From: Dehalococcoidia bacterium
GTDB taxonomy: Bacteria > Chloroflexota > Dehalococcoidia > UBA2979
Direction of reading: 5' to 3'
Assembly (NCBI GenBank): GCA_965219085.1
Contig: OZ244720.1
Span: 2,432,001-2,496,000, forward strand
DNA: 64,000 nucleotides
Translations under genes and position numbers: made by a program
In this document: positions 38,372 through 48,650 of the stretch, piece after piece
How the letters are laid out: every line of letters starts with the position of its first letter
How positions within the stretch are numbered: position 1 is the first letter of the stretch
The notes under the pieces: model-generated
What the model was told of the DNA's origin: nothing
Seen by the model: only the letters and a program-made list of their open reading frames with translations
The model's database searches: none

Positions 38372-38836
38372 CTAGCGTTTTGGCAACTGCACCACCGCGG
38401 TGCCCTGCAGTGGCCGCTCGCCTCGCTCGTTCTCGAGGTAGATGTCGAGCTTCACCGTGCCGCCGCCGTCGCCTTCCTCGGTGTCGGTGATGAGGCCGAG
38501 CACCTTGAGTGCGTCGTCGTGCAGCACGGGACGGCGGAAGTTGACGTCGACGAACTCGAGCGTGCCCGCCGTGCCGACCCAGTCGGTGACGAGCTTCGTC
38601 AGCTTCGAGAGGCTGAACGCGCCGGGGACGATCGGCTTGGGGAAGCCGAGCTTCTTCGCGCCCTCGGGGTCCGTAAAGCGCCCGTCGCCGGGGCCGCCGG
38701 AGCCGAGCGCGTCACCCTCGAGCCCGAGGTAGCCGAGCACCTGGTCCATGGTCGGGGTCCACGCGTCCTCGAACTCGTCGCCGAGGTCGACGTCGTCGAA
38801 GTAGTTCTGCGTGGTGGGGTCGACGGTGGGTGTCAT
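38372..38836 (-). CDS. MaoC-like hotdog-fold protein
   Basis: FTD...AK..GFPKPIVPG, V.FRRPV..DD.L. Confidence 0.8.
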   Translation of the reverse strand: MTPTVDPTTQNYFDDVDLGDEFEDAWTPTMDQVLGYLGLEGDALGSGGPGDGRFTDPEGAKKLGFPKPIVPGAFSLSKLTKLVTDWVGTAGTLEFVDVNFRRPVLHDDALKVLGLITDTEEGDGGGTVKLDIYLENERGERPLQGTAVVQLPKR

Positions 38837-39264
38837 TCGCCGACCTGCCTGCGGACCATGAGCTGGTCGGAGTGGGCGACTTCCTCGCCGGCCTCGTCCC
38901 GGTAGGTGAGGCGGCTGACCTGGAAGACCATGGTGCCCGTGCGGCCGGTCTTGGCGTAGACCTCCTTGGCCTGCGCCCAGCCGGTGAGGGTCTGGCCGAC
39001 CTTGACGGGCTTCAGCAGCTCCATCCGCGATCCGGCGTGGAAGCCGGTGTTGCCGAACTTCACCTTCGGGTCCGGGCCGCCGCGGAAGCGCAAGCGCTGC
39101 AGGACGCTCGGAGGCACGAAGCCCTGCTCCGTGTAGCGCGGGTTGGTCTCACCCATGAGCTCGCAGTAGCGCGCCACGGTCTCTGCGTCGACGGTGATGG
39201 TGCCGACTTCCTCCTCGATGCCGATGACGCTCGCGTCGTATTCGAATACTGCTTCTTCGGTCAT
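38833..39264 (-). CDS. MaoC N-terminal/FAS1-like dehydratase-domain protein
   Basis: YC..MGETNP.Y, PP, HAG, KTGRTG.M.F. Confidence 0.78.
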   Translation of the reverse strand: MTEEAVFEYDASVIGIEEEVGTITVDAETVARYCELMGETNPRYTEQGFVPPSVLQRLRFRGGPDPKVKFGNTGFHAGSRMELLKPVKVGQTLTGWAQAKEVYAKTGRTGTMVFQVSRLTYRDEAGEEVAHSDQLMVRRQVGE

Positions 39265-40022
39265 ACCGCCTCTTCCTCGAGCGTTTGCTCGATAGTCACT
39301 GGATAATAGTCGCCCGTGGCCAGTTGCTCCACGAGGTCCTCGAGGGTGGCTATAGGCTGGGCGAACGCCGTCAGGCAGCGCCCGATCGCGCTGACATAGT
39401 GGGCGTCGCTGCCGCCGACCTGACCGAGCCCGTGCTGCTCGGCGAACTCCGCGCCGATGCCGTTCTCGTGGTCCGAACTGCCGCCGTTGAGCGCCTCGAC
39501 TGCTTCGACGAACTCAAGGCTGTGCCCGTTCGCCACGTGCTCCGCGATGCCGATGCTCGGCCGGCCGGCGTGCGCGGCCACGGCGAAGCCGCCGGTCTCG
39601 CGGGCGATGCGGAACACGTCGGCCGGCGGCAGCCGCGTCGAGGAGAGGTCGAAGTGGCGCGCGAAGTCGTCGGTGATGCCGTAGACCAACACGTGCCCGA
39701 CGGTCGTCTCGACCTCCGCGCCGCGCAGCACGACTGCCTCGTACTGCTCGGAGATCGCCGCGTAGTCGACGTCCGGGTCGAACTGGCGGTGTTCGGTCAG
39801 CACGAAGCCGTCGATGTGGTAGCCGCGCCTGCGGCGGGAGGCGATCCACTTGAGATAGCCCTCGACGGTCCCGCCGGCGTCGTCCGACGCGTCGGTCGAG
39901 TGGGAGTGGAGATCGACGTAGAAACGGCGTCCGGCGATGAGATCGTCCTTCCGGCGGGCAGGCGCGGGCTCGCCATTCTCGGCAGCGCGCGGCGCGGGCG
40001 TCAATCGGACGCCGCCGCTCAC
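39261..40022 (-). CDS. PHP-domain metal-dependent phosphoesterase
   Basis: DLHSHS..SDD, LTEH, GH.LVYG, AAH, E.LNG, GGSDAH; start uncertain (40022 or 40004). Confidence 0.82.
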   Translation of the reverse strand: MSGGVRLTPAPRAAENGEPAPARRKDDLIAGRRFYVDLHSHSTDASDDAGGTVEGYLKWIASRRRRGYHIDGFVLTEHRQFDPDVDYAAISEQYEAVVLRGAEVETTVGHVLVYGITDDFARHFDLSSTRLPPADVFRIARETGGFAVAAHAGRPSIGIAEHVANGHSLEFVEAVEALNGGSSDHENGIGAEFAEQHGLGQVGGSDAHYVSAIGRCLTAFAQPIATLEDLVEQLATGDYYPVTIEQTLEEEAV

Positions 40023-41122
40023 CCCTCGATGGCGATCCAGGGCCCCGTCGCCGCCGCGTCGAGCGCGGCTGCGTCGAGCGCGACGCCGAGACCGGGGTGA
40101 GCGGGCACGGGCAACACACCCCCGATCGGTCGCGGCGGCTCGGCGACGATGTCGGCGGCGAGGTGGTCTGCAGTCCCCAGGCCGTGCGCCGCATCGGGCA
40201 GCGCGTCGAAGGCCGGGATTGCAGCGGCGAGGTGGAGCGCCGCTGCCACGCCGATGCCGGCGTCGAACGTCGTCGTGACGATGCACGGGACGCCTCGCTC
40301 CGCGGCCTCGCGGGCGAGGGCGAGCGCGGGCCGGATGCCACCGAGCCGCATCGGCTTGAGCACCAGCGCCCCGACCGCGCCTGCGGCGAGCAGGCGGCGG
40401 CCATCCTCGATCGAGGTGACGCCCTCGTCCGCCGCGATGCGAGTCGAGGACTCCCGGTGGATCCGCGCCAGCGCCTTGTCGGCGCCGACGGGGACCGGCT
40501 GCTCGACGAGTTCGACATCGCAGGCGGCGAGCCGCGCGAGCGTGGCGGCGGCGGTCGGCTCATCCCAGCCGCCGTTGGCGTCCAGGCGCAGGCGAGCCTC
40601 GGGCAGCGCTTCGCGGACGGCCTGCACGCGGCGCACGTCGTCGTCGGGGGGCCTGGCGGCGACCTTGAGCTTGAACGTGCGGAAGCCCGCCGCCCACGCC
40701 TCGCGCACCTGCGCGAGCGCCAGCTCCGGCGGCCCGTCACTGATGACCGCGTTGGCCGCCACGGTCGCGCGAGGGTGCTCCGTGAGCAGCGCTGCCACGG
40801 ATAGGCCGCGCTGCTTCCCTTCCAGGTCGAGCTGCGCCACGTCGAGCGCGCAGCGCAGCGCGGCGACGCCGAGGCCGCCGAGGTCGTCCGGGATGCCGCC
40901 GAGGAGGTCGCGCGCGTGCACCTCAAGCAGCCGCAGCACGTCGTCCGCGTCGCCCTCGCCGAACTCGGGGAGCGGCGAGGCTTCGCCGACCCCTCGCAGG
41001 CCCGAGCCGTCGATGAGTTCGACGACGACGCCGGCGCGGTACGCGATCGCAGCGCGTGCGGTCTGCATCGGCGCGCGCATCGGGAGGCGGAACGGGCGGT
41101 AGCGGACGCCGACGAGGGTCAC
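40019..41122 (-). CDS. menC: o-Succinylbenzoate synthase
   Basis: GEASPLP, KLKV, RLDANGGW, EQP, ADE, KP...GG; located in men cluster. Confidence 0.87.
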   Translation of the reverse strand: MTLVGVRYRPFRLPMRAPMQTARAAIAYRAGVVVELIDGSGLRGVGEASPLPEFGEGDADDVLRLLEVHARDLLGGIPDDLGGLGVAALRCALDVAQLDLEGKQRGLSVAALLTEHPRATVAANAVISDGPPELALAQVREAWAAGFRTFKLKVAARPPDDDVRRVQAVREALPEARLRLDANGGWDEPTAAATLARLAACDVELVEQPVPVGADKALARIHRESSTRIAADEGVTSIEDGRRLLAAGAVGALVLKPMRLGGIRPALALAREAAERGVPCIVTTTFDAGIGVAAALHLAAAIPAFDALPDAAHGLGTADHLAADIVAEPPRPIGGVLPVPAHPGLGVALDAAALDAAATGPWIAIEG

Positions 41123-41136
41123 GACGACCGTCCCGC

Positions 41137-42051
41137 TTAGACGGCGAGGCCGACGGCGAGCAGCACGCCGAGCACGAGGTGCAGGCGCGCCGTCGCGCGC
41201 AGCGCCGCGTTGAGCGTCGGGCCGTCGGTGCTGGTCATGACCGCGCGCACGGGCGAAACGGCGAGGGGGATGCTCAGCCACGCGAGCAGCGTCCACGCGC
41301 CGAAGCCGTCGATTGGCGCGAGCGCGGCGGCGGTGAGGTACGCGGCCGCCACGGTCGCGACGAAGAGCCAGCGCGCGGGCTGGCGGCCGACGATCACGGC
41401 GAGCGTGCGCTTGCCCGCGGCCTCGTCGGTCTCGATGTCGCGGATGTTGTTGACCATGAGGATCGCCGTGACCGTGCAGCCGACCGGCACCGCGGCGGCA
41501 ACGGCCGCGGCCGTGATCGCCTCGGCCTGCACGTAGTACGTGCCGACCACCGCGACGAGGCCGAAGAAGATGAACACGAAGACGTCGCCGAGGCCGTGGT
41601 AGCCGAACGGCCACGGTCCACCCGTGTAGGCGAGCGCGGCCAGCATCGAGGCGACACCCGCGGCGACCACCGGCCAGCCGGCCACCGCGACGAGGTAGAG
41701 CCCCGCCAGCGTCGCGATGCCGAACGCGACCACCAGGCCGCCGATGACCTGTCGTTCGCTGAGGATCCCGAGCTGCGTGACGCGCGGCGGGCCGATGCGG
41801 TCGGCGGTGTCCGCCCCTCGGCGGAAGTCCGAGACGTCGTTGGCGAGGTTCGCACCGACCTGGATGGCGAGCGCGCCGAGCATGGCGGCGGCCGCCGGGC
41901 CGGCCTGAGCCTCGCCCGCGTGGAGGGCCACGGCCGTGCCGACCACGACGGGCGTGGCGGCGGCGGTGAGCGTCGGCGGGCGGGCGGCCAGCACCCACGC
42001 GCCGAGCCGCGAGGGGCGGCCGTCGGCGTCCGGCTGCGAGGCCTCCTGCAT
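41137..42051 (-). CDS. menA: DHNA prenyltransferase
   Basis: AARP.TL, N.AND..DF.RG.D, YTGGP, NNIRDI..D...GKRTLAV. Confidence 0.95.
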   Translation of the reverse strand: MQEASQPDADGRPSRLGAWVLAARPPTLTAAATPVVVGTAVALHAGEAQAGPAAAAMLGALAIQVGANLANDVSDFRRGADTADRIGPPRVTQLGILSERQVIGGLVVAFGIATLAGLYLVAVAGWPVVAAGVASMLAALAYTGGPWPFGYHGLGDVFVFIFFGLVAVVGTYYVQAEAITAAAVAAAVPVGCTVTAILMVNNIRDIETDEAAGKRTLAVIVGRQPARWLFVATVAAAYLTAAALAPIDGFGAWTLLAWLSIPLAVSPVRAVMTSTDGPTLNAALRATARLHLVLGVLLAVGLAV

Positions 42052-42074
42052 CGCGTCGTCCTCGATGGGCGCGC

Positions 42075-42911
42075 TCAGGGCAGGCGCGGGAACTGCGAGA
42101 AGTCCGGTGAGCGCTTCTCGAGGAAGGCGTTGCGGCCCTCCTTGCCCTCGTCGGTGCGGTAGAACAGCGAGGTCGCGTCGCCGGCGAGTTGCTGGAGGCC
42201 GGCGATGCCGTCGGTGTCCGCGAGGAACCCCATCTTCATGAAGCGGAGCGCGGTCGGGCTATGGACGAGGATCTCGCGCGCCCACTGCACGCCCTCGGCC
42301 TCGAGGTCGTCGGCGGGGACGACGGCGTTGACGAGCCCCATCTCCATGGCCTCCTGCGCGCTGTACTGGCGGCACAGGTACCAGATCTCGCGCGCCTTCT
42401 TGTGGCCGACGATGCGCGCGAGCTGCGCCGCGCCGAGGCCCGCGTCGAACGAGCCGACGCGCGGGCCGACCTGGCCCAGGCGTGCCGTGTCCGAAGCGAT
42501 GGAGAGGTCGCAGACGACGTGCAGGACGTGCCCGCCGCCGATCGCGTAGCCGTTGACGAGGGCGATCACCGGCTTCGGCATCGAGCGAATGTAGCGCTGC
42601 AGCGGCAGCACGTTGAGCGTGGGGACGCCGTCATCGCCGATGTAGCCGCCCTCGCCGCGCACGCGCTGGTCGCCGCCGGTGCAGAACGCGCGCTGCCCCG
42701 AGCCGGTCAGCAGCACGACGCCGATGTCGGCGTCCATGTGCGCGTCCTCGAACGCCCACTGCATCTGGTCGAGGGTCTGCGGGCGGAAGGCGTTGAGCAC
42801 CTCGGGCCGGTTCATCGTGATCTTCGCGATGCCCTCGGCCTTGTGGTAGAAGATGTCGCTGTGGTCGCCCACCTGGGTCCACTCGATTGCTTCACTCGCC
42901 GTCGTCGTCAT
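42075..42911 (-). CDS. menB: Naphthoate (DHNA-CoA) synthase
   Basis: [38 protein letters not shown]. Confidence 0.97.
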   Translation of the reverse strand: MTTTASEAIEWTQVGDHSDIFYHKAEGIAKITMNRPEVLNAFRPQTLDQMQWAFEDAHMDADIGVVLLTGSGQRAFCTGGDQRVRGEGGYIGDDGVPTLNVLPLQRYIRSMPKPVIALVNGYAIGGGHVLHVVCDLSIASDTARLGQVGPRVGSFDAGLGAAQLARIVGHKKAREIWYLCRQYSAQEAMEMGLVNAVVPADDLEAEGVQWAREILVHSPTALRFMKMGFLADTDGIAGLQQLAGDATSLFYRTDEGKEGRNAFLEKRSPDFSQFPRLP

Positions 42912-42937
42912 GGTCGTCCCCAATCCGTCGTCGTCTG

Positions 42938-43780
42938 TCAGGCGTCGGCGCCGACGCGTGCACCCGGATAGGCGCGCCGCAGGAACTCGAGCAGCGGGCG
43001 TTGGAACGCCTCGGGACGCTCGAGGTGCGCGGCGTGCCCGGCGCCCTCGATCGCATGCATCGTAGCGTCCGGCATCGTGCGCGCCATATCCCGCGCGATT
43101 TCCGCGTACTTCGTGTCGAGCGCGCCCGCGATCAACAGCGTGGGGACGGTGATGCCGACGATGCGATCCAGCAGCGGATCCTGCGCGCCCGCGCCCATGC
43201 CGCGCAGCGAGTTCGCGAGCCCCGTCGCCGTGTTCGCGGTGCGCGTCGCGCGGATCGCCGCGCGCGTCCCGGCCTGGAGCGAAAGCTGCGAGGCGAACAG
43301 CGGGACGCGCTCCCACGTGTCGACGAACGCCTCCACGCCGTCGCGCTCGATGCGCTCGGCCATCGCCTCGTCGTTGCGGACGCGTGCCGCGCGCTCATCG
43401 TCGCCGGCGATGCCGGGCGAGGCGCCTTCGAGGATGAGCGCCTCGACGGCCTCGGGGTGGTCCGTGACGAGCTGGAGCGCCGTGCGACCGCCCAGCGAGT
43501 AGCCGAGCCAGGCGGCGCGCTCGTGCCCGAGCCGTCGCACCAGCGCGACGAGGTCGGCGGCGGCGCGCGGCATCCGGTAGCGCTCGACGTCTTCGGGGGC
43601 GTCGGATCGGCCGTGGCCGATGAGGTCGGGCGCGATCACGGTGTAGTCGGCGGCGAGGGCGGCCGTGAGGCCGGCCCAGGTGTCGGCGGAGCCGGTGAAG
43701 CCGTGCACCAGCACGAGCGGCGGGCCCGATCCGGCGACCTCGGCGTGCAGTTCCAGCCCGTCGACGTCGAAGCGCGGCAT
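42938..43780 (-). CDS. menH: SHCHC synthase
   Basis: HGFTG, GYSLGGR, R...D..MA, AGH..H.E; between menD and menB. Confidence 0.9.
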   Translation of the reverse strand: MPRFDVDGLELHAEVAGSGPPLVLVHGFTGSADTWAGLTAALAADYTVIAPDLIGHGRSDAPEDVERYRMPRAAADLVALVRRLGHERAAWLGYSLGGRTALQLVTDHPEAVEALILEGASPGIAGDDERAARVRNDEAMAERIERDGVEAFVDTWERVPLFASQLSLQAGTRAAIRATRTANTATGLANSLRGMGAGAQDPLLDRIVGITVPTLLIAGALDTKYAEIARDMARTMPDATMHAIEGAGHAAHLERPEAFQRPLLEFLRRAYPGARVGADA

Positions 43781-45693
43781 CAGCCCTGCCGGGCGCTGGC
43801 CGGGGCCGGCGAGGTGGATTCCGCCGCGGCGTCGCGCAGCGCCGAGTCGACGCGCGCCCACGCCTCGCGGTGCAGCGCCACATTGCGCTCGCGGTCCGTG
43901 CGCAACTCGACGACGGTCAGGCCGGGCATGCTCGCGGCGCCTCGCAGTGCCGGCAGCCACTCGGTCGGCTCCGGCCGTACGAGGCGCCCGCCGAACGTGC
44001 CGATGGCGCCGGAGAAGTCGAGCCCATGCGGCGTGCCGAACCACTCCTCGAACTCCGCGGAGGCGAGATCGGCCTGCGGGAGGAAGTGGAAGATGCCGCC
44101 GCCGTCGTTGTTGACCAGCGCCACGAGGAGCGAGAGGTGGTGGCGGCGCAACGCCCACAGCCCGTTGAGGTCGTGCAGGAAGGAGAGGTCGCCGACCAGC
44201 GCGGCAACGGGACCCATGCCCGCCGCCGCGGCCCCGACGGCCGTCGACACGACGCCGTCGATACCCGACGCGCCGCGTGTGCCGAGATAGCGCAGCGCGC
44301 GCCCCTGGGACGGCAAGAAGGAGTCGGCGTCGCGGATGATCATCGAGTTGCCGAGGATGACGGTGGTGACGTCCCGGATCGCGCTCGCGAGCGCGACGGG
44401 CGCGTAGCCCTCGAACGGCTCGGACTGCTCGCGCAGCATCTCGTCGAGGGCCGCCCGCGCGGTGTGACTCGCGTTCGTCCAGAACTGCAGCCAGCCCGGG
44501 TCGGCGTGGTACGGCGCGCCGACCCGCGCGGGATCGTTGGCCGCGCCCGTGAACGCCGAGGGTCGGCGCGCGCCCAGCGCGTCGACCGCGGCGTCGCAGA
44601 GCGCGTGCGGCTCGGCGCGCAGCATCAGCGAGGCGACGGCGTCGGGGTCGCGCCAGCCGCCGGCCACGTCGACAACGAGTTGCGGCACGCCCCGCAGCGA
44701 GGCGAGGAACTGGCCGAGCACCTTCGAGGTCGGCGCGGCGCCGAAGCGCACGACCACCTCGGGCGCGGCCTGCGCGGCGAAGCGGGGCGAGCGCAGCAGC
44801 GCGTCGTACGTGTCGATCACGCGCACCATGCTGTGGCGGCCGGCGCGCACGCCGGAGAGCGGGTCGGCGAGGATCGGCCAGTCGAGCGTGCGCGCGAGGT
44901 TGTCGATCGCCTCGGCCGGCAGCCCCTCGGAATCGGGCCCGCAGACGATGATCCCGCGGCGGCCGAGGACCAGCTCGACGAGGCGCGCCGCGGCGGGGCG
45001 CGCGTGTTCGTGGGGGCGGCCGACCTTCGGGGTCAGCACCGGCGCGTACGGCCGCCTCGGCGACGGCCGCGCGTGTGGCGTGATCGGGTTGGGCGCCACG
45101 TCCAGATGCGCGGTCGCGGCGCCCTCGTCGAGCGCCTGCTGCCAACCCGCCTCGATCAGCGGCTCGCGGAGCGGCACGTTGACATGCACCGGCCCGGCGG
45201 GCGCCTCGGCGGCCGTCACCACGGCGCGCGCGGCGATGCCGCGAGCGTAGCCTTCGAGCGCGGTGCTGCCGTCGGTGGTCGGCAGCTCGACGGCCCAGCG
45301 CGCGTGGCTGCCGAAGAGCCCCGTCTGGTCGATGGTCTGGTTCGCGCCGATGTCGCGCAGCTCGGGCGGCCGGTCGGCGGTGAGCGCGACGAGGGGGATC
45401 CGCGACAGTGACGCCTCGACGATGGACGGCAGGAGGTTCGCGGCTGCCGTGCCGGACGAGGTCACGATCGCGACCGGCTCGTTGAGCTGCCGCGCGAGGC
45501 CGAGCGCGAAGTAGCCCGCGGCACGCTCGTCGAGGTGCAGCCACGTCCGGATCGAGGCGTGGCGATCGAGCGCCAGCGTGAGCGGCGTCGAGCGCGAGCC
45601 GGGCGCGATCACGGCGTGGTGCACGCCGCCGCGCGCGAGCTGCGCGATGAACGCGCCGATGTAGCGGTAGAGCGCGCTGGTGTCGCTGGTCAC
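43780..45693 (-). CDS. menD: SEPHCHC synthase
   Basis: PGSRSTPL, DERAAG, SGTAAAN, ADRP.EL, GANQ, RGASGIDG, GDLSFLHD, NNDGGGIF. Confidence 0.96.
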   Translation of the reverse strand: MTSDTSALYRYIGAFIAQLARGGVHHAVIAPGSRSTPLTLALDRHASIRTWLHLDERAAGYFALGLARQLNEPVAIVTSSGTAAANLLPSIVEASLSRIPLVALTADRPPELRDIGANQTIDQTGLFGSHARWAVELPTTDGSTALEGYARGIAARAVVTAAEAPAGPVHVNVPLREPLIEAGWQQALDEGAATAHLDVAPNPITPHARPSPRRPYAPVLTPKVGRPHEHARPAAARLVELVLGRRGIIVCGPDSEGLPAEAIDNLARTLDWPILADPLSGVRAGRHSMVRVIDTYDALLRSPRFAAQAAPEVVVRFGAAPTSKVLGQFLASLRGVPQLVVDVAGGWRDPDAVASLMLRAEPHALCDAAVDALGARRPSAFTGAANDPARVGAPYHADPGWLQFWTNASHTARAALDEMLREQSEPFEGYAPVALASAIRDVTTVILGNSMIIRDADSFLPSQGRALRYLGTRGASGIDGVVSTAVGAAAAGMGPVAALVGDLSFLHDLNGLWALRRHHLSLLVALVNNDGGGIFHFLPQADLASAEFEEWFGTPHGLDFSGAIGTFGGRLVRPEPTEWLPALRGAASMPGLTVVELRTDRERNVALHREAWARVDSALRDAAAESTSPAPASARQG

Positions 45694-47156
45694 AGCTGGC
45701 CTCCGCCGAGGGCGGTGGTGAGCGGGCGGAACTTCAGCTCGATCTCGGCCAGCTCGGCCTCCGGGTCTGAGTCGCCCATGATGCCCGCGCCTGCGAACAG
45801 CCACGCCCTCGCACCGCGCACGAGCGCCGACCGCAGCCCGACCGCGAACTCGCCGTCGCCGGCCGCGTCGATCCACCCGACGGGTCCGGCGTACCAGCCG
45901 CGGTCGAAGCGCTCGTAGCGGCCGATGACGGAGCGAGCGGTGGGGGTCGGCCAGCCGCAGACGGCGGGCGTCGGATGCAACCGCTCGACCACGTCGAGCA
46001 CGTCGATACCCGGCCGCGCGTCGGCGGTCACCTCGGTTGCGAGGTGCTGGATGTTGCTCAGGCGGCGCAGGACGGGCTGGTTGGGGGCGTGCAGGCCACT
46101 GCCGAGGTCGGCGAGGCCTTCACGCAGCGCGCGCACGACGATGGTGTGCTCGATGCGGTCCTTCACGCTGTTCAGGAGCGCGTCGCCCAGCTCCTCGTCC
46201 TCCTCGGGCGTCTGGCCGCGGCGGATGGAGCCCGCGAGGCCGAGCGTGGTGATGCGCCCGTCGCGGAGCCCGGCGAGCTGCTCGGGGCTGGCCCCCAGGA
46301 AGATGCCGTCGCCGGCGCGGTAGCTGAAGAGGTGGCAGTTCGAGTAGCCCTCGCGCAGGCGGGCGAGCGCGACACCCGGCTCGATGGGGCGCTCCGCCTC
46401 GAGCTCGCGCGTCGCGGCGAGCACGGCCTTTTCGTAGGCGCCCGATCGGATGTCGGTCGCGACGCTGGCGACGCCGCTCAGCAGGGCGGGGCGGTTCACG
46501 TCCCAGAGCACCCGCAGCGAGGTCGTGTCGGCGTCCGGATCGGCGCGGTCGGCCGGATCGCGTGCCGCGAGGTCGGCGAGCACGCTGTAGAGCTCCTCGC
46601 GGTCGATGTCGGGGGCGATCACGACGCCGCAGACGCCGCCCTCGCGGACGAACAGCAGGCGAGGCAGGAGCAGCCAGCCCGCGTCGAAGCCCGTCCACGG
46701 CGCGCCGCTCGGCGCTGCGTCGTCGAACGCGAACCCGCCGAGCAGCCGCGGTCGCAGCGCCTGCCGATTCGAGCCGTCCCACGCGCCGAGAAGCTGCCGC
46801 GCGGGCTCGCGGAGCGCGGTCGCGCCACGCCCCGCGGGCGCCATGATGCGCTCCGCGACGCCGATCCCGGCGAGCACGAAGTCCTGGTCGGGGCGCTCGT
46901 AGTACGCGCTCACCATCGACGCCGTCGCGCCGCTGAGCAGCACGCGCGGGTCGAACCGCTCCGGCAGCTCGACGACGTGGAAGCGGCCCATCGAGGCTGT
47001 CTCGCGCTCGAATCCCGGCCGAGGTGCGCCGTGGGGATCGCGTGGCCGGGTCATGGCGCCCTCGGCCCGCGGCGACTCGCTGCGCGACGTGATGACGCGT
47101 CGGGCCGAGCCCCTCGAGGCGCGCTGCGAGCCATCGTCCGTTCCCATTCCTGTCAC
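45690..47156 (-). CDS. menF: Isochorismate synthase
   Basis: GASPE, LAGS, K...EH, HL.T, LHPTPAVCG, RGWYAGP, LRS, AGAGI, E..LK; start may be 47156 (TATACT 6 nt upstream) or 47054. Confidence 0.9.
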   Translation of the reverse strand: MTGMGTDDGSQRASRGSARRVITSRSESPRAEGAMTRPRDPHGAPRPGFERETASMGRFHVVELPERFDPRVLLSGATASMVSAYYERPDQDFVLAGIGVAERIMAPAGRGATALREPARQLLGAWDGSNRQALRPRLLGGFAFDDAAPSGAPWTGFDAGWLLLPRLLFVREGGVCGVVIAPDIDREELYSVLADLAARDPADRADPDADTTSLRVLWDVNRPALLSGVASVATDIRSGAYEKAVLAATRELEAERPIEPGVALARLREGYSNCHLFSYRAGDGIFLGASPEQLAGLRDGRITTLGLAGSIRRGQTPEEDEELGDALLNSVKDRIEHTIVVRALREGLADLGSGLHAPNQPVLRRLSNIQHLATEVTADARPGIDVLDVVERLHPTPAVCGWPTPTARSVIGRYERFDRGWYAGPVGWIDAAGDGEFAVGLRSALVRGARAWLFAGAGIMGDSDPEAELAEIELKFRPLTTALGGGQL

Positions 47157-47237
47157 GGCCCCAGTATAGGTCGGTGCGGGATTATCAGCCGCGCGTACCG
47201 GGGGCATCGAAGGCGCTCGCGGTGGCATACTGCCGGG

Positions 47238-47519
47238 GTGTTGGACCGCCAAATCCTGCTGATGACCGTGGTGCTCTCGCTCCTGGCGGGCGTGATTGCA
47301 TTCGTGTCGAGTGGGGGCGACTGGCTGACGGTCGTGATCTCGATGCCGCTGTTCGTGACCGCGAGTTTCTGGTCGCTGCAGCTCTCCCGCTGGATCTCGC
47401 GCAAGATCGTCGGCGAGCCCGAGCCCGTGCTACCGCCGACGCCGACTGAGGCGACGACCGCGCGACCCGAGCACGTGCAGCGCAGGCGCCGCCGCCGCAG
47501 GCAGCGCGGCCGGCGCTGA
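47238..47519 (+). CDS. Small two-TM membrane protein with Arg-rich tail
   Basis: Two hydrophobic helices then a Pro-rich linker and RRRRRRQRGRR. Confidence 0.55.
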   Translation: MLDRQILLMTVVLSLLAGVIAFVSSGGDWLTVVISMPLFVTASFWSLQLSRWISRKIVGEPEPVLPPTPTEATTARPEHVQRRRRRRRQRGRR

Positions 47520-47525
47520 CGACCA

Positions 47526-48647
47526 TCAACCGCCTCGATCGGCCTCGTCGCAGGCGGCGACGAGCGCGAGCGCCACGTCGGCGTAGCGCATCTGCAACTC
47601 GAGCGGGCCGTGCAGGCCGTTGGTGAGGTAGGCGACGGCGAGCCCTCGCGCCGGGTCGGCGTAGCCGATCGCGCACTGCTGGCCGGTGTGGCCGAAGACG
47701 CCGCGCTCGTTGTACGGCTCCATCACCCCGCCCACGAGGAATCCGAGGCCGTACGACGCGGGCAGCATGAACGTGCGGTCGAAGCCCGCGCGCCACTGCA
47801 CCGTCGTCGCCTCTGTGGCCGTCGCGGGGCTCAGCAGGCGCGGGCGGTCCGAGTCGTCTCGCGGGCTCCGGGCGTGGAGCAGCGCGTCGTAGAACCGCGC
47901 GAGTGCCTCGGCGGTCCCGATGGCGTTCGCCGCAGGCATCTGGCCCCGTAGCGTCGAGGCGAGGCGGAACCGCCGCACGATGTCCGAGGTGCGCCGCTCG
48001 CTCCCCGTGGGGTCGAGCATGGTGATCTCCGACATCGCCTCGACCGGGACGACGTCCGGGAGCCTCGCCTCCTCGACGCCGAGCGAGGCGTCCATGCCGA
48101 GCGGCTCGAAGACCTCGTCGCGCAGGAAGTCGCGCGGTGCGCGGCCGTCGGCGCGGCGGATGACCTCACCGAGCGCGAAGCCGTAGGTCACCGGGTGGTA
48201 GCCGGTGTCCGTGCCCGGCTCCCACTCGGCCTCGATCGCCGCGGTCACGGCGCAGACTGCCTCCCAGTCGTCGATGTGCTCCCAGTCGTACTCGCGTGGG
48301 AAGACGGGGAAGCCGCCGCGGTGGGTGAGCACGTGGCGGACGGTGCATGGCGCCTTCCCGCCCGCGCCGAACTCGGGCCACAGCTCCGCGATCGGGCGGT
48401 CGAGGTCGAGGACGCCACGCTCGGCGAGGATGAGCACGGCCACGGCGGCGAGGGGCTTCGTGGCGGAGAACCACAGCAGCCGGGACTGCAGCTCGGATGC
48501 CGTGCCGATGCGCAGGTCTACTTGCAACTCACCGTCGCGGTACACGGCGAGCTGCGCGCCGGAGTGCAGTCCGAGGTCGAGGTGACGCCGCGCGGCGGCC
48601 TCGACGCTCGCGCGCCCAGCGGGCGTGAGGCCGCGCGAGGTGGTCAC
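47526..48647 (-). CDS. Serine hydrolase, beta-lactamase/esterase fold
   Basis: FSATK (SxxK), LTH.GG, W.PG...GYH, FGHTG. Confidence 0.88.
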   Translation of the reverse strand: MTTSRGLTPAGRASVEAAARRHLDLGLHSGAQLAVYRDGELQVDLRIGTASELQSRLLWFSATKPLAAVAVLILAERGVLDLDRPIAELWPEFGAGGKAPCTVRHVLTHRGGFPVFPREYDWEHIDDWEAVCAVTAAIEAEWEPGTDTGYHPVTYGFALGEVIRRADGRAPRDFLRDEVFEPLGMDASLGVEEARLPDVVPVEAMSEITMLDPTGSERRTSDIVRRFRLASTLRGQMPAANAIGTAEALARFYDALLHARSPRDDSDRPRLLSPATATEATTVQWRAGFDRTFMLPASYGLGFLVGGVMEPYNERGVFGHTGQQCAIGYADPARGLAVAYLTNGLHGPLELQMRYADVALALVAACDEADRGG

Positions 48648-48650
48648 GGC

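Noticed and set aside
47526-48647. Beta-lactam resistance gene
   Set aside because: Generic SxxK esterase-type serine hydrolase with no signal peptide; resistance is not supported
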